Below are positions 9,695 through 21,100 of a DNA stretch of 64,000 nt, one piece after another; position 1 is the stretch's first letter; the number at the start of each line of letters is the position of its first letter. Under the pieces are notes generated by a model, which searched no databases, was not told the origin of the DNA, and worked only from the letters and a program-made list of their open reading frames with translations. A program made the translations under genes and the position numbers. Source of the DNA: an uncultured virus (IMG/VR IMGVR_UViG_3300049827_000124) (lineage: Duplodnaviria > Heunggongvirae > Uroviricota > Caudoviricetes); IMG/VR virus record IMGVR_UViG_3300049827_000124. One strand, written 5' to 3'.

Positions 9695-10243
9695 CCATAT
9701 CACAATGGAGCTGCTACCGGCCTTGCATTTGGAGTTAAAGAGGGAATGAAAATTAATCCAAGTCTACGAGTGATACAGAGAGAAATCTGTAGATCTCACG
9801 GTATAGATGAATCAGATGCCAAAACAACTGAGTTTGATTATTCATTGTCTCATCTGGCCAAGCAAGGTGTATTGCTATTAAACACTACTCTTACTGTTAC
9901 TAAAGGTAAGCCAAATTCCCATGAGCAAATCTGGGGCTGGTACACCAAAGGAATTGTTAGAGAGATATGTAATGAGTTAGATGGAGTCATCTTTTTGTTA
10001 TGGGGTAAGTTTGCACAGCATGCTTTCGGAGCCATAATCAAAGAAGTGAATTCTTTCCACGACAAATCACATATCATATTTGCTGCATCACATCCTGCAG
10101 CAGAAGTCTATGGAGGTAATGCCAGATTCATTGGGTGTAATCATTTCATTAAAGTTAATGAGATAATTGCAGAGCCAATTGATTGGTTTAAGTTACCAGA
10201 GAAAAAGGAGGATGAGTTAGAATCTCAATTTAATTTACTATGA
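9695..10243 (+). CDS. ung: uracil-DNA glycosylase, exon 2
   Basis: Begins CCA TAT CAC = PYHNGAATGLAF, in frame with track ORF 9746..10243 (NPSL, QGVLLLN, FLLWG, SHPA). Spliced product is 251 aa with GQDPYH restored. Confidence 0.9.
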   Translation, partial: PYHNGAATGLAFGVKEGMKINPSLRVIQREICRSHGIDESDAKTTEFDYSLSHLAKQGVLLLNTTLTVTKGKPNSHEQIWGWYTKGIVREICNELDGVIFLLWGKFAQHAFGAIIKEVNSFHDKSHIIFAASHPAAEVYGGNARFIGCNHFIKVNEIIAEPIDWFKLPEKKEDELESQFNLL

Positions 10244-10653
10244 ACGATACTGAACAACAGATTAATGCTGTATGCAATCAAATCAAAACACTCTTACTTT
10301 TAAAGAACAAAGCTTACGGGGACTCAGCACTTGAGCCCGTAAGAATCTTTTCGAAGAATAGTTCTATCGATGGACTACTTGTACGAATTGATGATAAGCT
10401 ATCTCGAATCAAGAATATGGGGGTTTCTTCAGCAAGTGAAGATACTCTTATGGATTTGATTGGGTACTTAGTTCTTTTGAAGATTCAATTGAATAAAAGT
10501 ATGAGCAGTGGTTTTGAAGCTATGGCTAAAGAAACTCAGAAGAAAATAGTAGATCAGTTAGGGTTACCAAAGATGCCACCTACCTATTGGCAAGGTACTC
10601 ATCATGATATCGATAAGATTCGATACACTAACGGTACTATGACAGGGTATTAA
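10240..10653 (+). CDS. DUF1599 / nucleotide-modification-associated domain 1-like protein
   Basis: KNKAYGDS...VRIDDKLSRI...EDTLMDLIGY pattern. Confidence 0.7.
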   Translation: MNDTEQQINAVCNQIKTLLLLKNKAYGDSALEPVRIFSKNSSIDGLLVRIDDKLSRIKNMGVSSASEDTLMDLIGYLVLLKIQLNKSMSSGFEAMAKETQKKIVDQLGLPKMPPTYWQGTHHDIDKIRYTNGTMTGY

Positions 10654-10680
10654 AAAGAAAGGGGCTAACGCCCCTTTTTT
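10652..10680. terminator. bidirectional intrinsic terminator between the convergent blocks
   Basis: AAAAAGAAA-GGGGC-TAAC-GCCCC-TTTTTT between stops at 10653 (+) and 10691 (-). Confidence 0.85.
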
Positions 10681-10690
10681 ATTGCCGTGT

Positions 10691-13600
10691 TTATTGTGTG
10701 AAAAACTTGAGTGCTTCTTCTGGACTAAAAGATTTAGAAAGACCATTAGATATTGGTAAAAGCTTGTTACCCATAGCAGCTGTTTTAGATTCACCTTTTA
10801 AATGTCCATTACTATTTTTTTGGTAGAAAATCTGCTTAGTATCTTCATCGTCTAACTCTACATCAAGTGCTAGTTTTATTCTGTATGGAAGCTCTTCTGT
10901 TAGAAGTTGATCTATCAACAATGCTGCATCTACGATTGGTCGGCTAAGTGCTGTTGGAGATGCAATGAATCTGTAGAATTCTGCTGGATTCCAAAACTGA
11001 GCTAACTCTGCTTGCATTCTCAAAGCTTGATAGGCAAAAAATGCTGTTGCAAATTGATCATCTTCTTCATCGTCGTCATCTAACATTCCAAGTAGAATGG
11101 TACCTATTACAGTTACTGCAACTAACATTGATATTTCTGCAGTAGTTCTTTTAACATTAGGCTTTTCAAAATCTTCAGAAAGCATCTGGTATACAGATCC
11201 AAATTTAAAACCTTTACTTATTGACTCTCTCATGTACCGTACAAAACTTGTGTACATACCTTCTGTAATCGTATCAGTCTCTGTGTCAATGTGTAAGCCA
11301 GTACCAATGCCGTATCCGAATCTTCTACGAAGACCTGGTTGGAAATATCTTCTGTACATAGCAAGAGCTTTACCCCACCATCTTCTGTTGATTAATGGGT
11401 CATCAAAGTCTGTTTTGATTTGGTTAGTCTTCTTGTATACTCCAGATATTAAGTTGATGATGTTTATTTTTTTGTAGTTAGCTACTCTAGAATCTAGATC
11501 CCACTTACCTGTTTTCTCATCTTGTTTGTACAAGTCCCACAGGTTAGCTTCAGAACCATCTTCATTCTTAATAACTTCTCCATTAACATCTTTCAATTTT
11601 CCTTTCAAAGAATCTGCAATTGCTAATCCACGAGTAACAGCAGTTTCATGTTCAGCCATGTGCTGTGCAAAGAATAATGCATCTCTACCCATAGCTTTAA
11701 AAGCTCTGTTACCAGTCTTTTTAGTTTTGTAGTCATTTAAGGCATCCCCTAAAATATCAAACTCAGCTATGAATCTAGAAAGTTTTGTATCCGGGGAGAA
11801 CTTACCCATATCCTTAACTGTGTCTCCACTAAGAAGCAGCTTTCCGTATGTAAGTTTAGCCCAAGTTAAATTCTTAGCATTAAAGAACTGCCCAGCTACT
11901 GCTTCCTCCATCAACTTTTCGTTATCAATCAAGTACTGGTTACCTGCTTGCAAGAAGTTAAGAGACAATTGATTTAAAGCTGTAAAGGTAGTAAGCTTGT
12001 TAATGATTTTATTACCACTAATAGTTGCATTACCTATGTTGATACTAGATTTGATTTCAGATTCCCCAAAGAAAATCTTATCAATGAATTCTGATAAGTG
12101 TTGGAAGTTATTAGACACTTCTCCTTTACGTCTAGTATGTCTTGTAACTCCTGCTTTACGTGCAGCAGCACTTAAGAATGGAACATTGTTAGCATTAACT
12201 TCAAGCACTTCACGTCGTTCAACGATGTCTCTCATCATGATAACAGCCCCAGTAATCTCAGACTTTCTCTTAAACATGTTTGCCATTCCTGCATAAAGTA
12301 CAATAGTACTTCCTATGTCATGGCTTACAAATTTTGCATCTGTAGGGTTGCTGTAAAATACAGGTACAATTTTATTTCGTTGCTCTTTGTTAGCATTGAT
12401 AGACATTCCATAAGAGTCGTCCGTTTCTAAGAAACTAAATTCTCTTTTGGCAAAGTGAACAGCTGATTTGAAAACATTATAACTATCCTGCTGTATTTTT
12501 TCTAATCCTTGTGATTCAACAGATGGTACTACGTAAGACACGTCATCCCAATCATTTTTTAAAGGAGTTTGTTTACCTACTATTCTTTGCTGTCTATGAT
12601 ATACATCTAAGAATCCTTTGTAATATGCACCAGCGGCTCCTATAGGATTTCCTGATGCATCAATTAATTGGCTGTATCTAGGATTAGCATAGTTAGAGTT
12701 AGGACGTACTGCCATACCCTTGTACTGATCATTCACAGAGTCATAGATTCTTCCAATCTGACTTTTTAAATCGATTATCTGAGCTTCGTATGCAATATAC
12801 AAATCAGGATTAGTACCTTCTACAAGTTTGGCTTTAGCACTTACATCTCTCAATCGTGCAGTCAGCTTATCTTTAAGCAAAGCTCCTTCTTCAGTTCTTA
12901 CTGTGTTTCTGTTATACCACTTAGCTACTTCTCTAAAATATGAAACTCCTTTATCGGATTTTTTCCACTCTTTGAATACTTCGTAGTCTACGTTCTTAGG
13001 CATCTCATATTTTTCAGCCAACGTTTTCCTCATGCTATATTCGTCCTCGTGGAATTTAGTAACATCATAAGGTTGAACAAATGATAAGATTTCCATTCGT
13101 TTTTTAAATCCTGTTTTAGGATCATCTACGTAGTAAACTTGAGTCTCTAAAATTTCAGAGTTAAACTTCTTAGGATCTATATCAGTTCCTTTGTAGTTTG
13201 CGTACTCTCTATAGATTGGAGCAAGCTCGTCTATTATTTCTCTTGTATCAGCTGAAGCTTGGTACAGTTTATTTTTAACCATGCTTCCGAATAACTGCAG
13301 AGTAACTTGAGTAGAGTACATCAATGGGTCCATGTAGACAGAGTAGCCACTCTTGTCTGTCTGAGCTTCACGTAATTCATTTAATAGAGTTTCTCTTCCA
13401 AGTTTTTTGTTTTCAAGTTGCTCTATGTTTAACTCTATAAGTTCGTTTTCGTACTCTTCTTTAGTCAGCTCATCTTCTTGGAATCTTTTCTTTAAAGCAT
13501 CATACTTTTCATCTTTTATAATTGATATCAATCTTCGATTGGTCTTTATATTATCAATTGTATTTTGAAGTAAGCTGTCAATTTCTGGAGTAACATAGTC

Positions 13601-15184
13601 AAGTAAAATATCTACTTGTACTTCTAATCCAATCTTGTTGTAGATCTTCTGTTGTCTCTTTAAGCTTTTAATTAAGTCTGCAACTTTCTCCTCCATCTCA
13701 GTAAGCTTAGAGCTTTCTTTACCTTGTCTACCTAAAGTATCTTTCTTTTCTAGAATAGACTCTTCAATCTGAGATAGGACACTTCTTTCCCCACCCCCAA
13801 GTAAATCTTTAATAAGGTTACCTACATTGAGCATGTCTCTTTGGATAGCAAATTTATCGTCTTCTGATAAATCTTTAATGGTATCTTTTTGAGCCACTAC
13901 AGCATTCAAGGATTCTCTGTTCAATTTAACAGCTCGATTCAAGTAGTCTAAGAAGTTTGAGAAGTCTTCAATCTTTTTAACTTCTCTCATTGTCTTAATG
14001 TGAGCTCGTAAGTTAGCAATGACTTCGTCATTCTTAACAGGCATCGACTCAAACTTATCTAACTGTACTTGCAAAGTTTCTGACACAGCTCCTACCATGT
14101 CTCTGAAGTCTTTAAGCTTTGCATCTATAGCTCTACTCTCTTGTATCTCTTCACTTAGTTCTCCAGTAAGTTCTCTAGTATCCAGCTTTTTGCTTAACAG
14201 TTTGTCTACTAAAAGTTCTAAGGCATCATCGTTTAGCTTAAACTCATTTTTTATAGCTCTGAGTAACTTTCTAATGATAGTAAGTAACTTATCTTTAGAA
14301 TTTGCTGGAGCTGTTCTTAAAGCAGCTTTCATACCGATAGCAGTTACCAAAGCTTCTTTTAAAATAAACTCGTCAGACTTGTCTGAGTACAATTCTCTAA
14401 TTTGTCTGTAAAGTTCTGTCTCCAGTATCATCTTGGAAGCTTCCTTTACAAGCTTGTTGTTCTCTCCTAATAAATCTATAAGTATGTGTGCAAACTCATG
14501 GTAGTGAGTATCTTCTGCCATTATTGTGGGGTTAAGTTTTATCTCAACAAGATTATCCTCTACCTTTTCCACCGTTCCTTTTTGACTCATCTTTGAATCA
14601 AACCTTACTTTTACATTTATTCCAGCTGATGCAAAAGTTTCTTTCAAATGCTTAAGCTGTTCTTCAACAGTAGGGGTTACTGTAAATTTATCTCTCTTAG
14701 CTTCTGCAGCTGATTGTTCTACGGTTCTTAAAGATGTATCTCTTTCTGGCCTTGCAATAGTTTTGTTTGCTCGATTCTGTCTAACTACTTCTTTTAATCT
14801 GTCATCAGACATTGTAGGGATAGTAATTTCTCTGGCAGCTGAGTATACTTCAGTGTTAAGTATATCATCATTAAACTCTAGAGATATTCTATTATTTGAT
14901 AATTGAGAAGCTGAAAACAATGGCATACCAAAGTGTCTAGCAATAGTGCTATTCACAATGTTTACCATGTTATTAGGGTCAGACAATTTACCCTTTGCTA
15001 TAAACGTACCGTTAGCCGTTACTGTAAAAGTCTCTGGGAACCCATCAAGTAAAGCATACTTAACGATCTTTTCATTAGAACTTTGAGTAGTTTTTTCAGC
15101 CTCTACAGCATTGAATAGATTTTCAAATCTAATAGATCTAGTAGGATGCTCTTGTCCAAAGGTTTCGTAAACTTTACAGGCCAT
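10691..15184 (-). CDS. giant virion cargo/ejection protein with zincin-like domain and C-terminal hydrophobic helix
   Basis: ~1497 aa from ATG 15184 (MACKV); HEFAH (14486-14500) with downstream KEAL; coiled coils; ISMLVAVTVIGTILLGML; follows the RNAP gene. Confidence 0.75.
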   Translation of the reverse strand: MACKVYETFGQEHPTRSIRFENLFNAVEAEKTTQSSNEKIVKYALLDGFPETFTVTANGTFIAKGKLSDPNNMVNIVNSTIARHFGMPLFSASQLSNNRISLEFNDDILNTEVYSAAREITIPTMSDDRLKEVVRQNRANKTIARPERDTSLRTVEQSAAEAKRDKFTVTPTVEEQLKHLKETFASAGINVKVRFDSKMSQKGTVEKVEDNLVEIKLNPTIMAEDTHYHEFAHILIDLLGENNKLVKEASKMILETELYRQIRELYSDKSDEFILKEALVTAIGMKAALRTAPANSKDKLLTIIRKLLRAIKNEFKLNDDALELLVDKLLSKKLDTRELTGELSEEIQESRAIDAKLKDFRDMVGAVSETLQVQLDKFESMPVKNDEVIANLRAHIKTMREVKKIEDFSNFLDYLNRAVKLNRESLNAVVAQKDTIKDLSEDDKFAIQRDMLNVGNLIKDLLGGGERSVLSQIEESILEKKDTLGRQGKESSKLTEMEEKVADLIKSLKRQQKIYNKIGLEVQVDILLDYVTPEIDSLLQNTIDNIKTNRRLISIIKDEKYDALKKRFQEDELTKEEYENELIELNIEQLENKKLGRETLLNELREAQTDKSGYSVYMDPLMYSTQVTLQLFGSMVKNKLYQASADTREIIDELAPIYREYANYKGTDIDPKKFNSEILETQVYYVDDPKTGFKKRMEILSFVQPYDVTKFHEDEYSMRKTLAEKYEMPKNVDYEVFKEWKKSDKGVSYFREVAKWYNRNTVRTEEGALLKDKLTARLRDVSAKAKLVEGTNPDLYIAYEAQIIDLKSQIGRIYDSVNDQYKGMAVRPNSNYANPRYSQLIDASGNPIGAAGAYYKGFLDVYHRQQRIVGKQTPLKNDWDDVSYVVPSVESQGLEKIQQDSYNVFKSAVHFAKREFSFLETDDSYGMSINANKEQRNKIVPVFYSNPTDAKFVSHDIGSTIVLYAGMANMFKRKSEITGAVIMMRDIVERREVLEVNANNVPFLSAAARKAGVTRHTRRKGEVSNNFQHLSEFIDKIFFGESEIKSSINIGNATISGNKIINKLTTFTALNQLSLNFLQAGNQYLIDNEKLMEEAVAGQFFNAKNLTWAKLTYGKLLLSGDTVKDMGKFSPDTKLSRFIAEFDILGDALNDYKTKKTGNRAFKAMGRDALFFAQHMAEHETAVTRGLAIADSLKGKLKDVNGEVIKNEDGSEANLWDLYKQDEKTGKWDLDSRVANYKKINIINLISGVYKKTNQIKTDFDDPLINRRWWGKALAMYRRYFQPGLRRRFGYGIGTGLHIDTETDTITEGMYTSFVRYMRESISKGFKFGSVYQMLSEDFEKPNVKRTTAEISMLVAVTVIGTILLGMLDDDDEEDDQFATAFFAYQALRMQAELAQFWNPAEFYRFIASPTALSRPIVDAALLIDQLLTEELPYRIKLALDVELDDEDTKQIFYQKNSNGHLKGESKTAAMGNKLLPISNGLSKSFSPEEALKFFTQ

Positions 15185-15196
15185 ATTCACTTATTT

Positions 15197-18100
15197 TTAT
15201 AACATACATAGCTGAGCTACATCATTAGTTGATTCTTTATTAACAGAAGCATCGTAAATTAACTGAGCTAAACTAAGAGCTTCGTTTATTGGAACGTCGT
15301 TACCAATAGTTTTTATATTCAAGAAGTCTCCACCTACGATATGCTTTTTGTTATTATTAACTTTTCGTAAAGATAGGTATTTTGCAGTAGAATTTTTATT
15401 ACTGTAGGTGCTATCATCCATAATATATACATCAGTCTTACCTTTATCATCTCTAAGGATTAATATTTTAGGTACGTTTTTTCCGTATTTCTTAATGGGA
15501 ACATTAACTTCAGGTTTCAAAAGTTTACCTGCTGCTAAATTACTTCTTTCTACTAAGTTACTTCCTCCAGGACGTATTTCACCAAAAATTCTGAAGAATC
15601 TTATCAAATCTTCCCCTGTAAAGTATGAACTGTTTTGCATCTTCATGCTTTGCTCATGCATATACTCAGCAATGCTTATAGGTTTTAACTCTTTTCCTTG
15701 TGTATCTAATTTCCCTATACGATCTAAAGGTTGGGTATAGAAATTTGCAGGAAGTAAATCTGCAAAGTTATATGCAGAAGTTCTAAATCCGTTGCTGATA
15801 AAGGTGTGCATAGCTATCTTGAATCCAAAAGTTCTGATTTGATCTGCTTTTGCTTTGTAAGATTTCTTTTCTTCTTCTGATGCAGTTCTGCTTAACTTCC
15901 CTAAGTAAGCTTCTGGTCTGTACAAAAGATTAGTTAAGTCATCTTTTATACGTTGCTTTTCTTTTGGGGCATATTGTTGAGTAGCATCAAAGTTTAGAGT
16001 TCTGAATCCTTTAAACTTAACATTATCATTGTCAGCTTTAATTTTAGATAGAAACTCGTTAGCTCTTAGGTTTGGGAATTTTTTAACAATGTTATCTAGT
16101 TCCCCTAAAAGTGTAAGACTATTTTTACTTGGCTTGTAGGTAGCATCGCTGTAAGCTTTATCAAAGTAAACTCGTAATGGAGAGTCTGGTCTAGATAAGA
16201 CGGTAAACATGATTGCAGGATTAACTTCTCTGTGCATATCTGCTGTGAGATTTTCCTTACCTATCATAGCTTTTACAGTTTTCTTAAAGCTCTTTACTTG
16301 AGAAGATAAAGTCATTGGGAACAATATGCTTGCTACATCCAATGTTTCTTGTATCATTTTGTAATAGCCTCTTGAAAGTCCGTATGCAGAATCTTCATCT
16401 AAAATTTGTTCTACTACATTCTCATCCATAGATCTACCATAGAATGCAATAGGAGCTCTTTGGAATTTACCTTCTGCAGGATTCATGAATCTATCTTTTC
16501 TTTCTAAGAAAGCTTGCATAGATTCAATTCTATTCAAACCATCCATAGTATCAGGAGTAATTACTTTAAAGAATTCTTTAAGCTGTTGACCAGCTGCATA
16601 GAATTTCATAAAGTTTGACAATGCAGTTGCTGGACTTACTTTAAAATCCGTAATAGCTTGTCTATTCATTGATTTAGTTTTCTCAATGTCCTTGTAGTTA
16701 GGAGGAAGTGTAGTACCTGTGGTATCTATATTAAACTCTTCTGCAACTGCACGGTATGCATTGTTGATTTGAGTTAAATTTGAACCATAGTTAATTGACA
16801 TGATATCTACAAATCTTCTTATGATTGGTTGATTTAAGAAATCATGTAAAAGCTTTGTATCCCCAAAAAAGTTAATCCAATAGTTCTCTACAGGGAATGT
16901 AATTATGTTGTCATTGATAACATATTGCAATGGATCTTTTGTGGTATCTACAGCAGCTGATAAATAACGGCTGACAATTTTATCTGTAACAACGTTATTA
17001 TCATAAGTAGCATTTTCATTTTTAACTTTAGATAGCAACTTTGTATTTATAACTTCTCCTTCAATCTTTACTGCAAAACTGTCAAAGACATTTACTTCTA
17101 AGTTTGTAGCTACGTTACGACCGGCCAGTGCATTTGCCCATAGTCCTCTTAGTTTAACCCCTAAAAGATTTCTGATTGAACTTTGAGTTTCATATTCTCC
17201 TCCTGTCCACAATCGGCTAATAGCTAGCTCTGGTCTTCTTTCTATTAATGAATTACGAATAGATGGAAGAGCTGTTGAATCCAAAGGACTTAAAGTTTCT
17301 AAGAAGTGATGAGAGCTAGATAAAACAGCTTCTATTGTATCTAGCATTACATTGTTTAGTTGAGCATCTGATATACCTTTTAGCTTACTTAAATCTCTGT
17401 ATACTTCCTCGTAATCAGCAGTTGCTTTAGCCATTACAGTAGTAGTGATAGTGCTTCCGTCAGGGTTTGTAATTGTAACTTGTCTCTCCTCTAACTCTGG
17501 GAAAAGCAAAAACATTTTATCGACGTCAAAGTCAGATCCCATTAACTGTGCTAGCTGTGGTGGAACTATTATCGATTTCTCATGATTCTTTGGCAAGATA
17601 GCTTTGATCCTAAACATGATCATAGATGCCTTATCTTGGTTAGGGATACGGTAGGCAAATAACTTTCTTAAAGATTCTGGAATTTCATCAAGTGAATATT
17701 CTCCTTCAGGAAGGTTAAACTTTCTTAGTACATCTTCACGAACCATTATTTCAGCAGACGATAATCTTAGTCCACTTTTATTCTTAGGATTGTTATGAGG
17801 TACAATTTCTAAGAACTGCAAAGTATCTAAAGTTCCAACATCATCTTTAGTAATTTTCATAGCTCCTAGAGTACTTGCTTGAACAGCCTCGTAGCCTGGG
17901 AGTCTTTGCTTAAATACATTGTTGTTGTATATGCTAAGCAATGATGATTGGAACTTTCTTCCAAATACTGGGAAGTCTAACGGTATAGAGAACTTAGGTA
18001 TTCCTGTAGTCGGATCGATAGTAATGTTTAAAGCTTCAAGATAGTTTTCACTTACATCTGCTTCTACTACTTGTCTTTCTATAATACCTCTAAGCCTCTG

Positions 18101-21100
18101 CATAAGCTTCAACTTAGCATCTTTGAATTCCTGAGTTTTTAAAATCTCATCTATTACAACTTTGCCCTTTTTATTTGTAGCATTTTTAAGTTGCTCAACG
18201 ATCTTTTTAAATTCTGTTAATCCGATCTCTTCGTTTACTGTTGCTATGTCTCTGTTGATTCTTTCTTCAATAGCTGCATGATACATGGCAAGCATTGACT
18301 TTCCAGAGATAGTAGTCTCCTTCAAAAAGTTTCTAGGATCTTCTTCCATACCAGCATTTAAGAAGTATATGTTAGAAGGATCTACGTTAGCAATAGCATT
18401 CTTCTTTGCTTGTCTATTGAATATTGCAGTTAGCTCTTTCTTAGATTCTGGGATGATTTGTGGGAATCTAAGTTTACTTGTATCATGAGTAGCAAGAACA
18501 ATATCAGTTAGGCTTCCTGGTACATGCTGACCTTTTGCATCTAGCTTTGTTTTAAAGTCGTACACATTAGCAACTAATGTTTTCTTAGCAGAAAGAGCAT
18601 GTGCTACTGATATTTTAGGAAGACCTGTATTTGCATATGGACTGCCAATCTCCAAAGGATTCATTTCCAATCTTTGTCTTAAGTCGTCAAGGATTGGGAA
18701 TCTTTCTGTGTGTTCTTTTAATGCTACGAAGTAAGCAGTTTTATGAGTTTCAGCAACAGTAACTCCACTTACATTTTTTAAATCTTCAAAGTAAGGTTTC
18801 ATAGGAAGTACAGGCACATGATCTCCAATAGATGCTCCTGGAGGAAGTTTCTTTGCATATTGTGCAAGACCTTCTTCACTCATAGGAACTCTAGGCCCAT
18901 AGATAAATCTTCCTGTTTTATTATAGTTAAGGTAAGCATCTTCATGATACTCTTTCCATAACCCACGTCCTTGCATTATACTTCTATAAAAATCCATAGA
19001 GATTATTGCAAAAGCATTTGTCTCTTCAAATTCACCTGGATTATATCCGTATAAATCTTTAAGATCTTCTTCAGTATAAAGTCTTTGACCTTTAGAGTTT
19101 ACCATGTTTCTTAAAGTGTTCACAGTTCTTGACACATAGTCTTGAGCTGCTTCTTTAATTGCTTGAGTAATATCTAATCTAGGGTCTAAGAATGTAAAGT
19201 CAGTAAAAGTAGGATCGGCTCCATAAGATTCTGACATCCATGTAACTTTGTTCCCTGCCTCTTTAGCTGATAGTGTATTTTTAATTCCCAATTTTACCCC
19301 AGGAGTAGAAAGCAATCTTTGACGTTTTGTAAAGTCATCATTGTTTTTAAACAATGCTCTGTTACCTCTAGTCATTTTGATTATCTCATTTCTTCCTAAG
19401 TCTTCGTGAACTAAAAAGTCTTTCATCATTTTTACCATTGCTTCTCTTCTAGACTCTCTGGTAATTCCTTTTCCTTTATCTACTAATGTTCCCCACTTCT
19501 GCAAATCTTTCTTTCCAATTTCTAACCCTCTATCAGCCTCTAATATTTTATCAGCTAGAGATTCTGCCATGTTGTTGTAAAATTTACCCAAGTCAGCAGT
19601 CATTCTCTTCAACTCGATTTCATACAGCTTTAAAGTTTTATCTAAAGGAATATTGTTCTTCTTGTATTCAAGATATCTTTTAGTCTCTCCTGACATTTTT
19701 TTAATTACACCGTCAGTCTTTAAGACTACGTCTGTAACAATTCTTTCATTGTTCTCGTAGATACCGTCAAACTGCATGTACTCACTTGAGATACCTCTAT
19801 TAGCTCCAGATGTATATCCTTCTAATTTTACTGCATTAGGATCATCAATGATCTGTTGAGCTTTATCTATACGTAAAAAGTCTTCTAAGATTCCTCTTTG
19901 AAATACTTCAGCATAGCTTTTAAGATTTAAATTAGGATCGTCATGCCCTTTGATTCTAGGCATAGGTAAGAAGTCTGTACTAGTTCTATCTCCTGCTGCA
20001 GGGATTACTACTTTACAATATTTCTTATCTCCATTGTTTAGATACTCTTGAATTCTAGCTAACACAGCTGTTATTTCATCAAAGTCTTCATAATCTGTTG
20101 CATCGTCGTGACGATCTTTAACAGCATCTACAGTAGGTACTTTAAAATTTTGTGCAAACTCTGGGTTGTGAAGCAAGTGTCTAAACAAATGGCTTAACCC
20201 TAGCTCGTTGCTGTATACAAAAACATCTTGTTTATAAAATTGCAAAGCATCTGTACCATTCTTTTCAATATCTCTTTTAATATTCTGAACAATATCATCC
20301 AAAGGTCTGGTTAAGTTGGTAGGATTCATTAATGAACCTGTAGCACTTACAAAACTTTCTGACGTTTTACTTAAAAATAATGGAGTAAGTTCTGATAAAA
20401 ATTTAACCCCTGATCCTTCAATATCAAAATAAGGAATAACTGGAGCAGGTGAATTTCCAAATGTAAGTTGATTCTTTAAAACAGAAAAGTTTACTACTCC
20501 TTTACGTACCATTGAGAATAAACTACCATTAGTTACAATGTAATCGTACAAGTCTTTACCATCTCTTAGTACTGTCTTGGATTTTGTTTTTACATAGATA
20601 CCCTTGTCAATAATGTTTTGTAGATTTTTGATAGTATCTTGTATATCAGATTTGTTACCTAGGTTCATACCTAACTCCCAAATCAAACTTGCTAAACTAA
20701 TTACTGCTCTAGACGGAGTCCCATCTTCATTTGATTTAAATCTTACTTGTTCTTTAGAAGATATTGCAGATTGTACTCTTTCAAGAGCAACTTTAATTCT
20801 TTCTACTTTTGCTTTTTTAAGACTGAATGTAGCTATCTCAGACTCTTCATCAAAGTTCTTTACATACAAAGCTCTATTTAATTCTGAAGTATCATACTCT
20901 TGGCCCCCTACTTCCACTGCTTGCTCTCTCCATTGAGATGCAAGTTTAGACTGTGTTGTTAGGGTATTGGCATTTATTACTTTAGAATCTTCCCCAAGTA
21001 TAATTAAATCAAAGTCTCGTATTGTATTAGAGAATGCACTGAACAAAAGTGCTCTATCATCAGCAGGTAATGTGTCAATTTTTGTACTAATAGATAGGTA

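Noticed and set aside
8622..10243. UDG as a pseudogene or two separate genes
   Set aside because: Explained by a group I intron that restores GQDPYH in frame.
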